NCBI GenBank assembly: GCA_002269645.1
Contig: NIVC01003884.1
Coordinates: forward strand, 37,748-71,807
Direction of reading: 5' to 3'
DNA length: 34,060 bases
Source: Macrostomum lignano
Lineage: Eukaryota
Under the pieces are notes generated by a model. It did no database searches and was not told where the DNA came from. It was given only the letters and a program-made list of their open reading frames with translations. Every line of letters begins with the position of its first letter. The first letter of the stretch is position 1. Positions 11,466-24,300 of this stretch are shown one piece after another. The translations under genes and the position numbers were made by a program.

Positions 11466-12084
11466 TACCCACAATTCAGAAGTAAGCATACAACCCACTG
11501 CATGCACACGACACAAACTGGTCCACCGTTCCATTAGCTCCAAGCCAGTCTAAATTTAACCGCAGAATCTATTTTTTGTCCCACAGTCCTTTCAAGTCCG
11601 CTTAATTCCTCCTGATATGCAGACTGTAAACAGGCTAAAATGTGAAGCGCTGTCGCGAACGGCTGTGCATGTCCGGGATCGGGGATCAGGTCTCCGCGGC
11701 GTCGCGTTGGGAAATATTGCCCTCTTACCCTGTTAATGATCCCTGACGCCATTGTGACCAAACCAATTTTGTTTTGACTTCATAACAGCGGCGATCCAGG
11801 ACGCAGTTCTGCGCTGGGCAGCGACAATACGACTATTTTAAAAGGCTGACTTATTTATCGTAAACACGCCACCGGCATAAACGGGCTTTCGGGAAAGCCA
11901 GCTCGCGTGCGTAAGCCGGCTGGAGGCTCCCTCCGTGTTTTTCTGGATATTTCACAAAACGGCACTATGACGAAATAAATATCACGCGACTCTCTACGTA
12001 ATTAGCAAGGTGGGCTTTTTATAGCTCGCACTCTACGTCTGTTCAATAATATTTGCGATTTAGATATTGACTGCTGCTTGCCGG

Positions 12085-12570
12085 CTGTCTTCTCTCCCAC
12101 ATCTCCCTCTCACCTCTCCCTCCCACCTCTCCTTCTCACCTCTCCTTCTCACCTCTCCCTCTTAATCACCCTCTCACCTCTCCCTCTTAATCACCCTCTC
12201 ACCTCTCCCTCTCTCTCTCACCTCTCCCTCTTAATCACCCTCTCACCCCTCTCACCCCTCTCACCTCTCCGTCTCATCTCTCCTTCTCACCTCTCCCTCT
12301 CACCTCTTCTTCTCACCTCTCCCTCTCACCTCTTCTTCTCACCTCTCCCTCTTAATCACCCTCTCACCCCCTCTCACCCCCTCTCACCCCCTCTCACCTC
12401 TCCCTCTTACTCACCCTCTCTCTCTCAATTCTCCCTCTCACCTCCCTCTCTTAATCACCCTCTCACCTCTCCCTCTCACCTCTCCCTCTCACCTCTCCCT
12501 CTCACCTCTCCCTCTCACCTCTCCCTCTCACCTCTCCCTCTCACCTCTCCCTTTCATCTTTCCCTCTCAG
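12085..12570. repeat. CT-rich degenerate repeat (CTCTCACCTCTCC / CTTAATCACC)
   Basis: Polypyrimidine tract with recurrent 13-bp-like units. Confidence 0.9.
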
Positions 12571-13267
12571 TCTTCATACTCATATGTTAGCTCACAATGT
12601 CAATGTCACAACGCCGCAAGTCAGCCGCTCAGTGCACACACACACACACACAAACGTGCACGAGGCACTTATTGGCCAAGTGTGCAAAAACTTGCACATA
12701 TTGGGACTGCTCCGACACACGAAAAATCACACACACACACGTCCCCACACAGGCAATTTTCAACCCACCAAATAGATTTTTATTGACAACATGCTTTTGG
12801 CTTACTGAAAACAGTTGGAAAGCATTTTTCGAGGTGCATTGAACTCACAACAGATTGTACATGTATACTTGTCTAAAACAGAATTAAAAAACCCTGGTGT
12901 CTTGCTGAATTCCACTAAGGCAATAATATCAGCACGTCAAATTTCACCAGATAATTTCAGCGATCATAGATTATAGAAGACAGGATGGTAAATGGCAAGG
13001 GACTTTAAGGTTATCGAAGACAAACGACATTGACACATATCAAAAAAATTTTACGATCTGAATAAACAAAATTTGCTACATTTAGTGCCACTGGGAAAAA
13101 ACAATTCTGTAGCGAAACTCCACTGTTCATAAAAATGTACTTTATTGATTATGACACAATCACTAGAATTACTCAAAAGGTACATGTCAGCTATTCGGAC
13201 CCACAGAATGCTACGTAAAAGGATGCGGAAATGAACCACACTATAGCAGAAGCCAGCACACACTATA

Positions 13268-13563
13268 GTATGGGGCTGTCCCAACAATTTCACCATAGCC
13301 AGTGTGGATAGGGCTGTCCCAACAATTCCACCATAGCCAGTGTGGATAGGGCTGTCCCAACAATTCCACCATAGCCAGTGTGGATAGGGCTGTCCCAACA
13401 ATTCAACCATAGCCAGTGTGGATAGGGCTGTCCCAACAATTCCACCATAGCCAGTGTGGATAGGGCTGTCCCAACAATTCAACCATAGCCAGTGTGGATA
13501 GGGCTGTCCCAACAATTCCACCATAGCCAGTGTGGATAGGGCTGTCCCAACAATTCCAGCATA
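13268..13563. repeat. 38-bp minisatellite (ccatagccagtgtggatagggctgtcccaacaattcca), about 7.5 copies
   Basis: Period 38 confirmed (13293 to 13331); no spacers. Confidence 0.96.
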
Positions 13564-13635
13564 GCTTGAAAAAGAATATACACAAATACTATAAAAAGCA
13601 AATGCTAGAGCTCTACCGCGGTCATTGCACCGGAT

Positions 13636-13641
13636 TTTATT
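13636..13641 (-). promoter_or_regulatory. Putative polyadenylation signal of the exon-array gene
   Basis: AATAAA on the minus strand about 120 nt after TAA at 13762. Confidence 0.4.
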
Positions 13642-13761
13642 AGAAACAGACTGCAAAAAATGCGTCCTCTAAATAATATTCCAGTGAAGCACACAGCAGT
13701 TAATCGGCTTCTCGATTCAGAAAATTAAAAAAATAACCAGCTCCGCCAAAAAACTCATGAA

Positions 13762-13785
13762 TTAACTGACTGCTGCACAGATAGC

Positions 13786-13827
<42 letters not shown>

Positions 13828-13949
13828 GGCTTGTGAGCAGCAAGTGAACCAAATGACGGATGCAGCGGCGAGATCAGAATGCTCGCTGCTGATCGTTAAA
13901 GCGCATTCTTGTCTCTTAGGCATGTCGCTGGCGTTGCTGACTTCAGAAT
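13762..13949 (-). CDS. Unique terminal exon of the array gene
   Basis: Same acceptor as the array exons; SEVSNASDMPKRQE...FTCCSQ(A)16ICAAVS*, in frame, followed by non-repeat sequence and AATAAA. Confidence 0.5.
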
Positions 13950-16900
13950 CTGCGAGGAAAAGAAATCAATTAAGATAGGCTTGCATTAGTAATCATTAAT
14001 AGGCTATAAAGGAACCCTTTAATAGAACGTGTTCAACTAATGCTGGGTCTGTTTTGAAAAGTCAGAACTCAGAAGTAGTCGCGATTAGAATCAGTATTGT
14101 CCCAATAAGTGCGACCCAACAAATGCTGTTCAAAAAATAGGCCTGGCTGCAATTTCCCAATAAATGCCCAACAAATTACTAGCCTTGAGCTAGGCTGGGC
14201 TGTGTTTACTATTCAATGCGTTTGTAGCTTGTGTCCCAACAATGCCACTGAGATTGTTGCATTGCTTTTCAATTGTGCTCTACCAAGTAACACAAGTACT
14301 CTGGTGTACAATACTTCTACAGCAGATAATACTCACCCAAAACAGATCGTCTCTTTCTCTTTAATCCTGTGCCGGACGGGTTTTCTTCAGATCCACCAGA
14401 AAATTCACAAATAGACTGACTGCCTGCACGGATAGCGGCTGCTGCTGCTGCGGCTTGTGAGCAGCAAGTGAACCAAATGACGGATGCAGCGGCGAGATCA
14501 GAATGCTCGCTGCTGATCGTTAAAGCGCATTCTTGTCTCTTAGGCATGTCGCTGGCGTGGCTGACTTCAGAATCTGCGAGGAAAAGAAATCAATTAAGAT
14601 AGGCTTGCCTTTAGTAATCATTAATAGGCTATAAAGGAACCCTTTAATAGAACGTGTTCAACTAATGCTGGGTCTGTTTTGAAAAGTCAGAACTCAGAAG
14701 TAGTCGCGATTAGAATCAGTATTGTCCCAATAAGTGCGACCCAACAAATGCTGTTCAAAAAATAGGCCTGGCTGCAATGTCCCAATAAATGCCCAACAAA
14801 TTACTAGCCTTGAGCTAGGCTGGGCTGTGTTTACTATTCAATGCGTTTGTAGCTTGTGTCCCAACAATGCCACTGAGATTGTTGCATTGCTTTTCAATTG
14901 TGCTCTACCAAGTAACACAAGTACTCTGGTGTACAATACTTCTACAGCAGATAATACTCACCCAAAACAGATCGTCTCTTTCTCTTTAATCCTGTGCCGG
15001 ACGGGTTTTCTTCAGATCCACCAGAAAATTCACAAAGAGACTGACTGCCTGCACGGATAGCGGCTGCTGCTGCTGCGGCTTGTGAGCAGCAAGTGAACCA
15101 AATGACGGATGCAGCGGCGAGATCAGAATGCTCGCTGCTGATCGTTAAAGCGCATTCTTGTCTCTTAGGCATGTCGCTGGCGTGGCTGACTTCAGAATCT
15201 GCGAGGAAAAGAAATCAATTAAGATAGGCTTGCCTTTAGTAATCATTAATAGGCTATAAAGGAACCCTTTAATAGAACGTGTTCAACTAATGCTGGGTCT
15301 GTTTTGAAAAGTCAGAACTCAGAAGTAGTCGCGATTAGAATCAGTATTGTCCCAATAAGTGCGACCCAACAAATGCTGTTCAAAAAATAGGCCTGGCTGC
15401 AATGTCCCAATAAATGCCCAACAAATTACTAGCCTTGAGCTAGGCTGGGCTGTGTTTACTATTCAATGCGTTTGTAGCTTGTGTCCCAACAATGCCACTG
15501 AGATTGTTGCATTGCTTTTGAATTGTGCTCTACCAAGTAACACAAGTACTCTGGTGTACAATACTTCTACAGCAGATAATACTCACCCAAAACAGATCGT
15601 CTCTTTCTCTTTAATCCTGTGCCGGACGGGTTTTCTTCAGATCCACCAGAAAATTCACAAATAGACTGACTGCCTGCACGGATAGCGGCTGCTGCTGCTG
15701 CGGCTTGTGAGCAGCAAGTGAACCAAATGACGGATGCAGCGGCGAGATCAGAATGCTCGCTGCTGATCGTTAAAGCGCATTCTTGTCTCTTAGGCATGTC
15801 GCTGGCGTGGCTGACTTCAGAATCTGCGAGGAAAAGAAATCAATTAAGATAGGCTTGCCTTTAGTAATCATTAATAGGCTATAAAGGAACCCTTTAATAG
15901 AACGTGTTCAACTAATGCTGGGTCTGTTTTGAAAAGTCAGAACTCAGAAGTAGTCGCGATTAGAATCAGTATTGTCCCAATAAGTGCGACCCAACAAATG
16001 CTGTTCAAAAAATAGGCCTGGCTGCAATGTCCCAATAAATGCCCAACAAATTACTAGCCTTGAGCTAGGCTGGGCTGTGTTTACTATTCAATGCGTTTGT
16101 AGCTTGTGTCCCAACAATGCCACTGAGATTGTTGCATTGCTTTTCAATTGTGCTCTACCAAGTAACACAAGTACTCTGGTGTACAATACTTCTACAGCAG
16201 ATAATACTCACCCAAAACAGATCGTCTCTTTCTCTTTAATCCTGTGCCGGACGGGTTTTCTTCAGATCCACCAGAAAATTCACAAAGAGACTGACTGCCT
16301 GCACGGATAGCGGCTGCTGCTGCTGCGGCTTGTGAGCAGCAAGTGAACCAAATGACGGATGCAGCGGCGAGATCAGAATGCTCGCTGCTGATCGTTAAAG
16401 CGCATTCTTGTCTCTTAGGCATGTCGCTGGCGTGGCTGACTTCAGAATCTGCGAGGAAAAGAAATCAATTAAGATAGGCTTGCTTTAGTAATCATTAATA
16501 GGCTATAAAGGAACCCTTTAATAGAACGTGTTCAACTAATGCTGGGTCTGTTTTGAAAAGTCAGAACTCAGAAGTAGTCGCGATTAGAATCAGTATTGTC
16601 CCAATAAGTGCGACCCAACAAATGCTGTTCAAAAAATAGGCCTGGCTGCAATGTCCCAATAAATGCCCAACAAATTACTAGCCTTGAGCTAGGCTGGGCT
16701 GTGTTTACTATTCAATGCGTTTGTAGCTTGTGTCCCAACAATGCCACTGAGATTGTTGCATTGCTTTTCAATTGTGCTCTACCAAGTAACACAAGTACTC
16801 TGGTGTACAATACTTCTACAGCAGATAATACTCACCCAAAACAGATCGTCTCTTTCTCTTTAATCCTGTGCCGGACGGGTTTTCTTCAGATCCACCAGAA

Positions 16901-19900
16901 AATTCACAAAGAGACTGACTGCCTGCACGGATAGCGGCTGCTGCTGCTGCGGCTTGTGAGCAGCAAGTGAACCAAATGACGGATGCAGCGGCGAGATCAG
17001 AATGCTCGCTGCTGATCGTTAAAGCGCATTCTTGTCTCTTAGGCATGTCGCTGGCGTGGCTGACTTCAGAATCTGCGAGGAAAAGAAATCAATTAAGATA
17101 GGCTTGCTTTAGTAATCATTAATAGGCTATAAAGGAACCCTTTAATAGAACGTGTTCAACTAATGCTGGGTCTGTTTTGAAAAGTCAGAACTCAGAAGTA
17201 GTCGCGATTAGAATCAGTATTGTCCCAATAAGTGCGACCCAACAAATGCTGTTCAAAAAATAGGCCTGGCTGCAATGTCCCAATAAATGCCCAACAAATT
17301 ACTAGCCTTGAGCTAGGCTGGGCTGTGTTTACTATTCAATGCGTTTGTAGCTTGTGTCCCAACAATGCCACTGAGATTGTTGCATTGCTTTTCAATTGTG
17401 CTCTACCAAGTAACACAAGTACTCTGGTGTACAATACTTCTACAGCAGATAATACTCACCCAAAACAGATCGTCTCTTTCTCTTTAATCCTGTGCCGGAC
17501 GGGTTTTCTTCAGATCCACCAGAAAATTCACAAAGAGACTGACTGCCTGCACGGATAGCGGCTGCTGCTGCTGCGGCTTGTGAGCAGCAAGTGAACCAAA
17601 TGACGGATGCAGCGGCGAGATCAGAATGCTCGCTGCTGATCGTTAAAGCGCATTCTTGTCTCTTAGGCATGTCGCTGGCGTGGCTGACTTCAGAATCTGC
17701 GAGGAAAAGAAATCAATTAAGATAGGCTTGCTTTAGTAATCATTAATAGGCTATAAAGGAACCCTTTAATAGAACGTGTTCAACTAATGCTGGGTCTGTT
17801 TTGAAAAGTCAGAACTCAGAAGTAGTCGCGATTAGAATCAGTATTGTCCCAATAAGTGCGACCCAACAAATGCTGTTCAAAAAATAGGCCTGGCTGCAAT
17901 GTCCCAATAAATGCCCAACAAATTACTAGCCTTGAGCTAGGCTGGGCTGTGTTTACTATTCAATGCGTTTGTAGCTTGTGTCCCAACAATGCCACTGAGA
18001 TTGTTGCATTGCTTTTGAATTGTGCTCTACCAAGTAACACAAGTACTCTGGTGTACAATACTTCTACAGCAGATAATACTCACCCAAAACAGATCGTCTC
18101 TTTCTCTTTAATCCTGTGCCGGACGGGTTTTCTTCAGATCCACCAGAAAATTCACAAAGAGACTGACTGCCTGCACGGATAGCGGCTGCTGCTGCTGCGG
18201 CTTGTGAGCAGCAAGTGAACCAAATGACGGATGCAGCGGCGAGATCAGAATGCTCGCTGCTGATCGTTAAAGCGCATTCTTGTCTCTTAGGCATGTCGCT
18301 GGCGTGGCTGACTTCAGAATCTGCGAGGAAAAGAAATCAATTAAGATAGGCTTGCTTTAGTAATCATTAATAGGCTATAAAGGAACCCTTTAATAGAACG
18401 TGTTCAACTAATGCTGGGTCTGTTTTGAAAAGTCAGAACTCAGAAGTAGTCGCGATTAGAATCAGTATTGTCCCAATAAGTGCGACCCAACAAATGCTGT
18501 TCAAAAAATAGGCCTGGCTGCAATGTCCCAATAAATGCCCAACAAATTACTAGCCTTGAGCTAGGCTGGGCTGTGTTTACTATTCAATGCGTTTGTAGCT
18601 TGTGTCCCAACAATGCCACTGAGATTGTTGCATTGCTTTTGAATTGTGCTCTACCAAGTAACACAAGTACTCTGGTGTACAATACTTCTACAGCAGATAA
18701 TACTCACCCAAAACAGATCGTCTCTTTCTCTTTAATCCTGTGCCGGACGGGTTTTCTTCAGATCCACCAGAAAATTCACAAAGAGACTGACTGCCTGCAC
18801 GGATAGCGGCTGCTGCTGCTGCGGCTTGTGAGCAGCAAGTGAACCAAATGACGGATGCAGCGGCGAGATCAGAATGCTCGCTGCTGATCGTTAAAGCGCA
18901 TTCTTGTCTCTTAGGCATGTCGCTGGCGTGGCTGACTTCAGAATCTGCGAGGAAAAGAAATCAATTAAGATAGGCTTGCTTTAGTAATCATTAATAGGCT
19001 ATAAAGGAACCCTTTAATAGAACGTGTTCAACTAATGCTGGGTCTGTTTTGAAAAGTCAGAACTCAGAAGTAGTCGCGATTAGAATCAGTATTGTCCCAA
19101 TAAGTGCGACCCAACAAATGCTGTTCAAAAAATAGGCCTGGCTGCAATGTCCCAATAAATGCCCAACAAATTACTAGCCTTGAGCTAGGCTGGGCTGTGT
19201 TTACTATTCAATGCGTTTGTAGCTTGTGTCCCAACAATGCCACTGAGATTGTTGCATTGCTTTTGAATTGTGCTCTACCAAGTAACACAAGTACTCTGGT
19301 GTACAATACTTCTACAGCAGATAATACTCACCCAAAACAGATCGTCTCTTTCTCTTTAATCCTGTGCCGGACGGGTTTTCTTCAGATCCACCAGAAAATT
19401 CACAAAGAGACTGACTGCCTGCACGGATAGCGGCTGCTGCTGCTGCGGCTTGTGAGCAGCAAGTGAACCAAATGACGGATGCAGCGGCGAGATCAGAATG
19501 CTCGCTGCTGATCGTTAAAGCGCATTCTTGTCTCTTAGGCATGTCGCTGGCGTGGCTGACTTCAGAATCTGCGAGGAAAAGAAATCAATTAAGATAGGCT
19601 TGCTTTAGTAATCATTAATAGGCTATAAAGGAACCCTTTAATAGAACGTGTTCAACTAATGCTGGGTCTGTTTTGAAAAGTCAGAACTCAGAAGTAGTCG
19701 CGATTAGAATCAGTATTGTCCCAATAAGTGCGACCCAACAAATGCTGTTCAAAAAATAGGCCTGGCTGCAATGTCCCAATAAATGCCCAACAAATTACTA
19801 GCCTTGAGCTAGGCTGGGCTGTGTTTACTATTCAATGCGTTTGTAGCTTGTGTCCCAACAATGCCACTGAGATTGTTGCATTGCTTTTGAATTGTGCTCT

Positions 19901-21303
19901 ACCAAGTAACACAAGTACTCTGGTGTACAATACTTCTACAGCAGATAATACTCACCCAAAACAGATCGTCTCTTTCTCTTTAATCCTGTGCCGGACGGGT
20001 TTTCTTCAGATCCACCAGAAAATTCACAAAGAGACTGACTGCCTGCACGGATAGCGGCTGCTGCTGCTGCGGCTTGTGAGCAGCAAGTGAACCAAATGAC
20101 GGATGCAGCGGCGAGATCAGAATGCTCGCTGCTGATCGTTAAAGCGCATTCTTGTCTCTTAGGCATGTCGCTGGCGTGGCTGACTTCAGAATCTGCGAGG
20201 AAAAGAAATCAATTAAGATAGGCTTGCTTTAGTAATCATTAATAGGCTATAAAGGAACCCTTTAATAGAACGTGTTCAACTAATGCTGGGTCTGTTTTGA
20301 AAAGTCAGAACTCAGAAGTAGTCGCGATTAGAATCAGTATTGTCCCAATAAGTGCGACCCAACAAATGCTGTTCAAAAAATAGGCCTGGCTGCAATGTCC
20401 CAATAAATGCCCAACAAATTACTAGCCTTGAGCTAGGCTGGGCTGTGTTTACTATTCAATGCGTTTGTAGCTTGTGTCCCAACAATGCCACTGAGATTGT
20501 TGCATTGCTTTTGAATTGTGCTCTACCAAGTAACACAAGTACTCTGGTGTACAATACTTCTACAGCAGATAATACTCACCCAAAACAGATCGTCTCTTTC
20601 TCTTTAATCCTGTGCCGGACGGGTTTTCTTCAGATCCACCAGAAAATTCACAAATAGACTGACTGCCTGCACGGATAGCGGCTGCTGCTGCTGCGGCTTG
20701 TGAGCAGCAAGTGAACCAAATGACGGATGCAGCGGCGAGATCAGAATGCTCGCTGCTGATCGTTAAAGCGCATTCTTGTCTCTTAGGCATGTCGCTGGCG
20801 TGGCTGACTTCAGAATCTGCGAGGAAAAGAAATCAATTAAGATAGGCTTGCTTTAGTAATCATTAATAGGCTATAAAGGAACCCTTTAATAGAACGTGTT
20901 CAACTAATGCTGGGTCTGTTTTGAAAAGTCAGAACTCAGAAGTAGTCGCGATTAGAATCAGTATTGTCCCAATAAGTGCGACCCAACAAATGCTGTTCAA
21001 AAAATAGGCCTGGCTGCAATGTCCCAATAAATGCCCAACAAATTACTAGCCTTGAGCTAGGCTGGGCTGTGTTTACTATTCAATGCGTTTGTAGCTTGTG
21101 TCCCAACAATGCCACTGAGATTGTTGCATTGCTTTTGAATTGTGCTCTACCAAGTAACACAAGTACTCTGGTGTACAATACTTCTACAGCAGATAATACT
21201 CACCCAAAACAGATCGTCTCTTTCTCTTTAATCCTGTGCCGGACGGGTTTTCTTCAGATCCACCAGAAAATTCACAAATAGACTGACTGCCTGCACGGAT
21301 AGC

Positions 21304-21338
<35 letters not shown>

Positions 21339-24300
21339 AGCAGCAAGTGAACCAAATGACGGATGCAGCGGCGAGATCAGAATGCTCGCTGCTGATCGTT
21401 AAAGCGCATTCTTGTCTCTTAGGCATGTCGCTGGCGTGGCTGACTTCAGAATCTGCGAGGAAAAGAAATCAATTAAGATAGGCTTGCTTTAGTAATCATT
21501 AATAGGCTATAAAGGAACCCTTTAATAGAACGTGTTCAACTAATGCTGGGTCTGTTTTGAAAAGTCAGAACTCAGAAGTAGTCGCGATTAGAATCAGTAT
21601 TGTCCCAATAAGTGCGACCCAACAAATGCTGTTCAAAAAATAGGCCTGGCTGCAATGTCCCAATAAATGCCCAACAAATTACTAGCCTTGAGCTAGGCTG
21701 GGCTGTGTTTACTATTCAATGCGTTTGTAGCTTGTGTCCCAACAATGCCACTGAGATTGTTGCATTGCTTTTGAATTGTGCTCTACCAAGTAACACAAGT
21801 ACTCTGGTGTACAATACTTCTACAGCAGATAATACTCACCCAAAACAGATCGTCTCTTTCTCTTTAATCCTGTGCCGGACGGGTTTTCTTCAGATCCACC
21901 AGAAAATTCACAAATAGACTGACTGCCTGCACGGATAGCGGCTGCTGCTGCTGCGGCTTGTGAGCAGCAAGTGAACCAAATGACGGATGCAGCGGCGAGA
22001 TCAGAATGCTCGCTGCTGATCGTTAAAGCGCATTCTTGTCTCTTAGGCATGTCGCTGGCGTGGCTGACTTCAGAATCTGCGAGGAAAAGAAATCAATTAA
22101 GATAGGCTTGCTTTAGTAATCATTAATAGGCTATAAAGGAACCCTTTAATAGAACGTGTTCAACTAATGCTGGGTCTGTTTTGAAAAGTCAGAACTCAGA
22201 AGTAGTCGCGATTAGAATCAGTATTGTCCCAATAAGTGCGACCCAACAAATGCTGTTCAAAAAATAGGCCTGGCTGCAATGTCCCAATAAATGCCCAACA
22301 AATTACTAGCCTTGAGCTAGGCTGGGCTGTGTTTACTATTCAATGCGTTTGTAGCTTGTGTCCCAACAATGCCACTGAGATTGTTGCATTGCTTTTGAAT
22401 TGTGCTCTACCAAGTAACACAAGTACTCTGGTGTACAATACTTCTACAGCAGATAATACTCACCCAAAACAGATCGTCTCTTTCTCTTTAATCCTGTGCC
22501 GGACGGGTTTTCTTCAGATCCACCAGAAAATTCACAAATAGACTGACTGCCTGCACGGATAGCGGCTGCTGCTGCTGCGGCTTGTGAGCAGCAAGTGAAC
22601 CAAATGACGGATGCAGCGGCGAGATCAGAATGCTCGCTGCTGATCGTTAAAGCGCATTCTTGTCTCTTAGGCATGTCGCTGGCGTGGCTGACTTCAGAAT
22701 CTGCGAGGAAAAGAAATCAATTAAGATAGGCTTGCTTTAGTAATCATTAATAGGCTATAAAGGAACCCTTTAATAGAACGTGTTCAACTAATGCTGGGTC
22801 TGTTTTGAAAAGTCAGAACTCAGAAGTAGTCGCGATTAGAATCAGTATTGTCCCAATAAGTGCGACCCAACAAATGCTGTTCAAAAAATAGGCCTGGCTG
22901 CAATGTCCCAATAAATGCCCAACAAATTACTAGCCTTGAGCTAGGCTGGGCTGTGTTTACTATTCAATGCGTTTGTAGCTTGTGTCCCAACAATGCCACT
23001 GAGATTGTTGCATTGCTTTTGAATTGTGCTCTACCAAGTAACACAAGTACTCTGGTGTACAATACTTCTACAGCAGATAATACTCACCCAAAACAGATCG
23101 TCTCTTTCTCTTTAATCCTGTGCCGGACGGGTTTTCTTCAGATCCACCAGAAAATTCACAAATAGACTGACTGCCTGCACGGATAGCGGCTGCTGCTGCT
23201 GCTGGCTTGTGAGCAGCAAGTGAACCAAATGACGGATGCAGCGGCGAGATCAGAATGCTCGCTGCTGATCGTTAAAGCGCATTCTTGTCTCTTAGGCATG
23301 TCGCTGGCGTGGCTGACTTCAGAATCTGCGAGGAAAAGAAATCAATTAAGATAGGCTTGCTTTAGTAATCATTAATAGGCTATAAAGGAACCCTTTAATA
23401 GAACGTGTTCAACTAATGCTGGGTCTGTTTTGAAAAGTCAGAACTCAGAAGTAGTCGCGATTAGAATCAGTATTGTCCCAATAAGTGCGACCCAACAAAT
23501 GCTGTTCAAAAAATAGGCCTGGCTGCAATGTCCCAATAAATGCCCAACAAATTACTAGCCTTGAGCTAGGCTGGGCTGTGTTTACTATTCAATGCGTTTG
23601 TAGCTTGTGTCCCAACAATGCCACTGAGATTGTTGCATTGCTTTTGAATTGTGCTCTACCAAGTAACACAAGTACTCTGGTGTACAATACTTCTACAGCA
23701 GATAATACTCACCCAAAACAGATCGTCTCTTTCTCTTTAATCCTGTGCCGGACGGGTTTTCTTCAGATCCACCAGAAAATTCACAAATAGACTGACTGCC
23801 TGCACGGATAGCGGCTGCTGCTGCTGCGGCTTGTGAGCAGCAAGTGAACCAAATGACGGATGCAGCGGCGAGATCAGAATGCTCGCTGCTGATCGTTAAA
23901 GCGCATTCTTGTCTCTTAGGCATGTCGCTGGCGTGGCTGACTTCAGAATCTGCGAGGAAAAGAAATCAATTAAGATAGGCTTGCTTTAGTAATCATTAAT
24001 AGGCTATAAAGGAACCCTTTAATAGAACGTGTTCAACTAATGCTGGGTCTGTTTTGAAAAGTCAGAACTCAGAAGTAGTCGCGATTAGAATCAGTATTGT
24101 CCCAATAAGTGCGACCCAACAAATGCTGTTCAAAAAATAGGCCTGGCTGCAATGTCCCAATAAATGCCCAACAAATTACTAGCCTTGAGCTAGGCTGGGC
24201 TGTGTTTACTATTCAATGCGTTTGTAGCTTGTGTCCCAACAATGCCACTGAGATTGTTGCATTGCTTTTGAATTGTGCTCTACCAAGTAACACAAGTACT

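Noticed and set aside
11884-11899. Hairpin GGCTTTC-GG-GAAAGCC as a Helitron end or terminator
   Set aside because: No CTRR terminus follows and there are no other element hallmarks.
7307-13563. 47-bp and 38-bp repeats as CRISPR arrays
   Set aside because: Units are directly adjacent with no unique spacers, there are no cas genes, and the context is eukaryotic.
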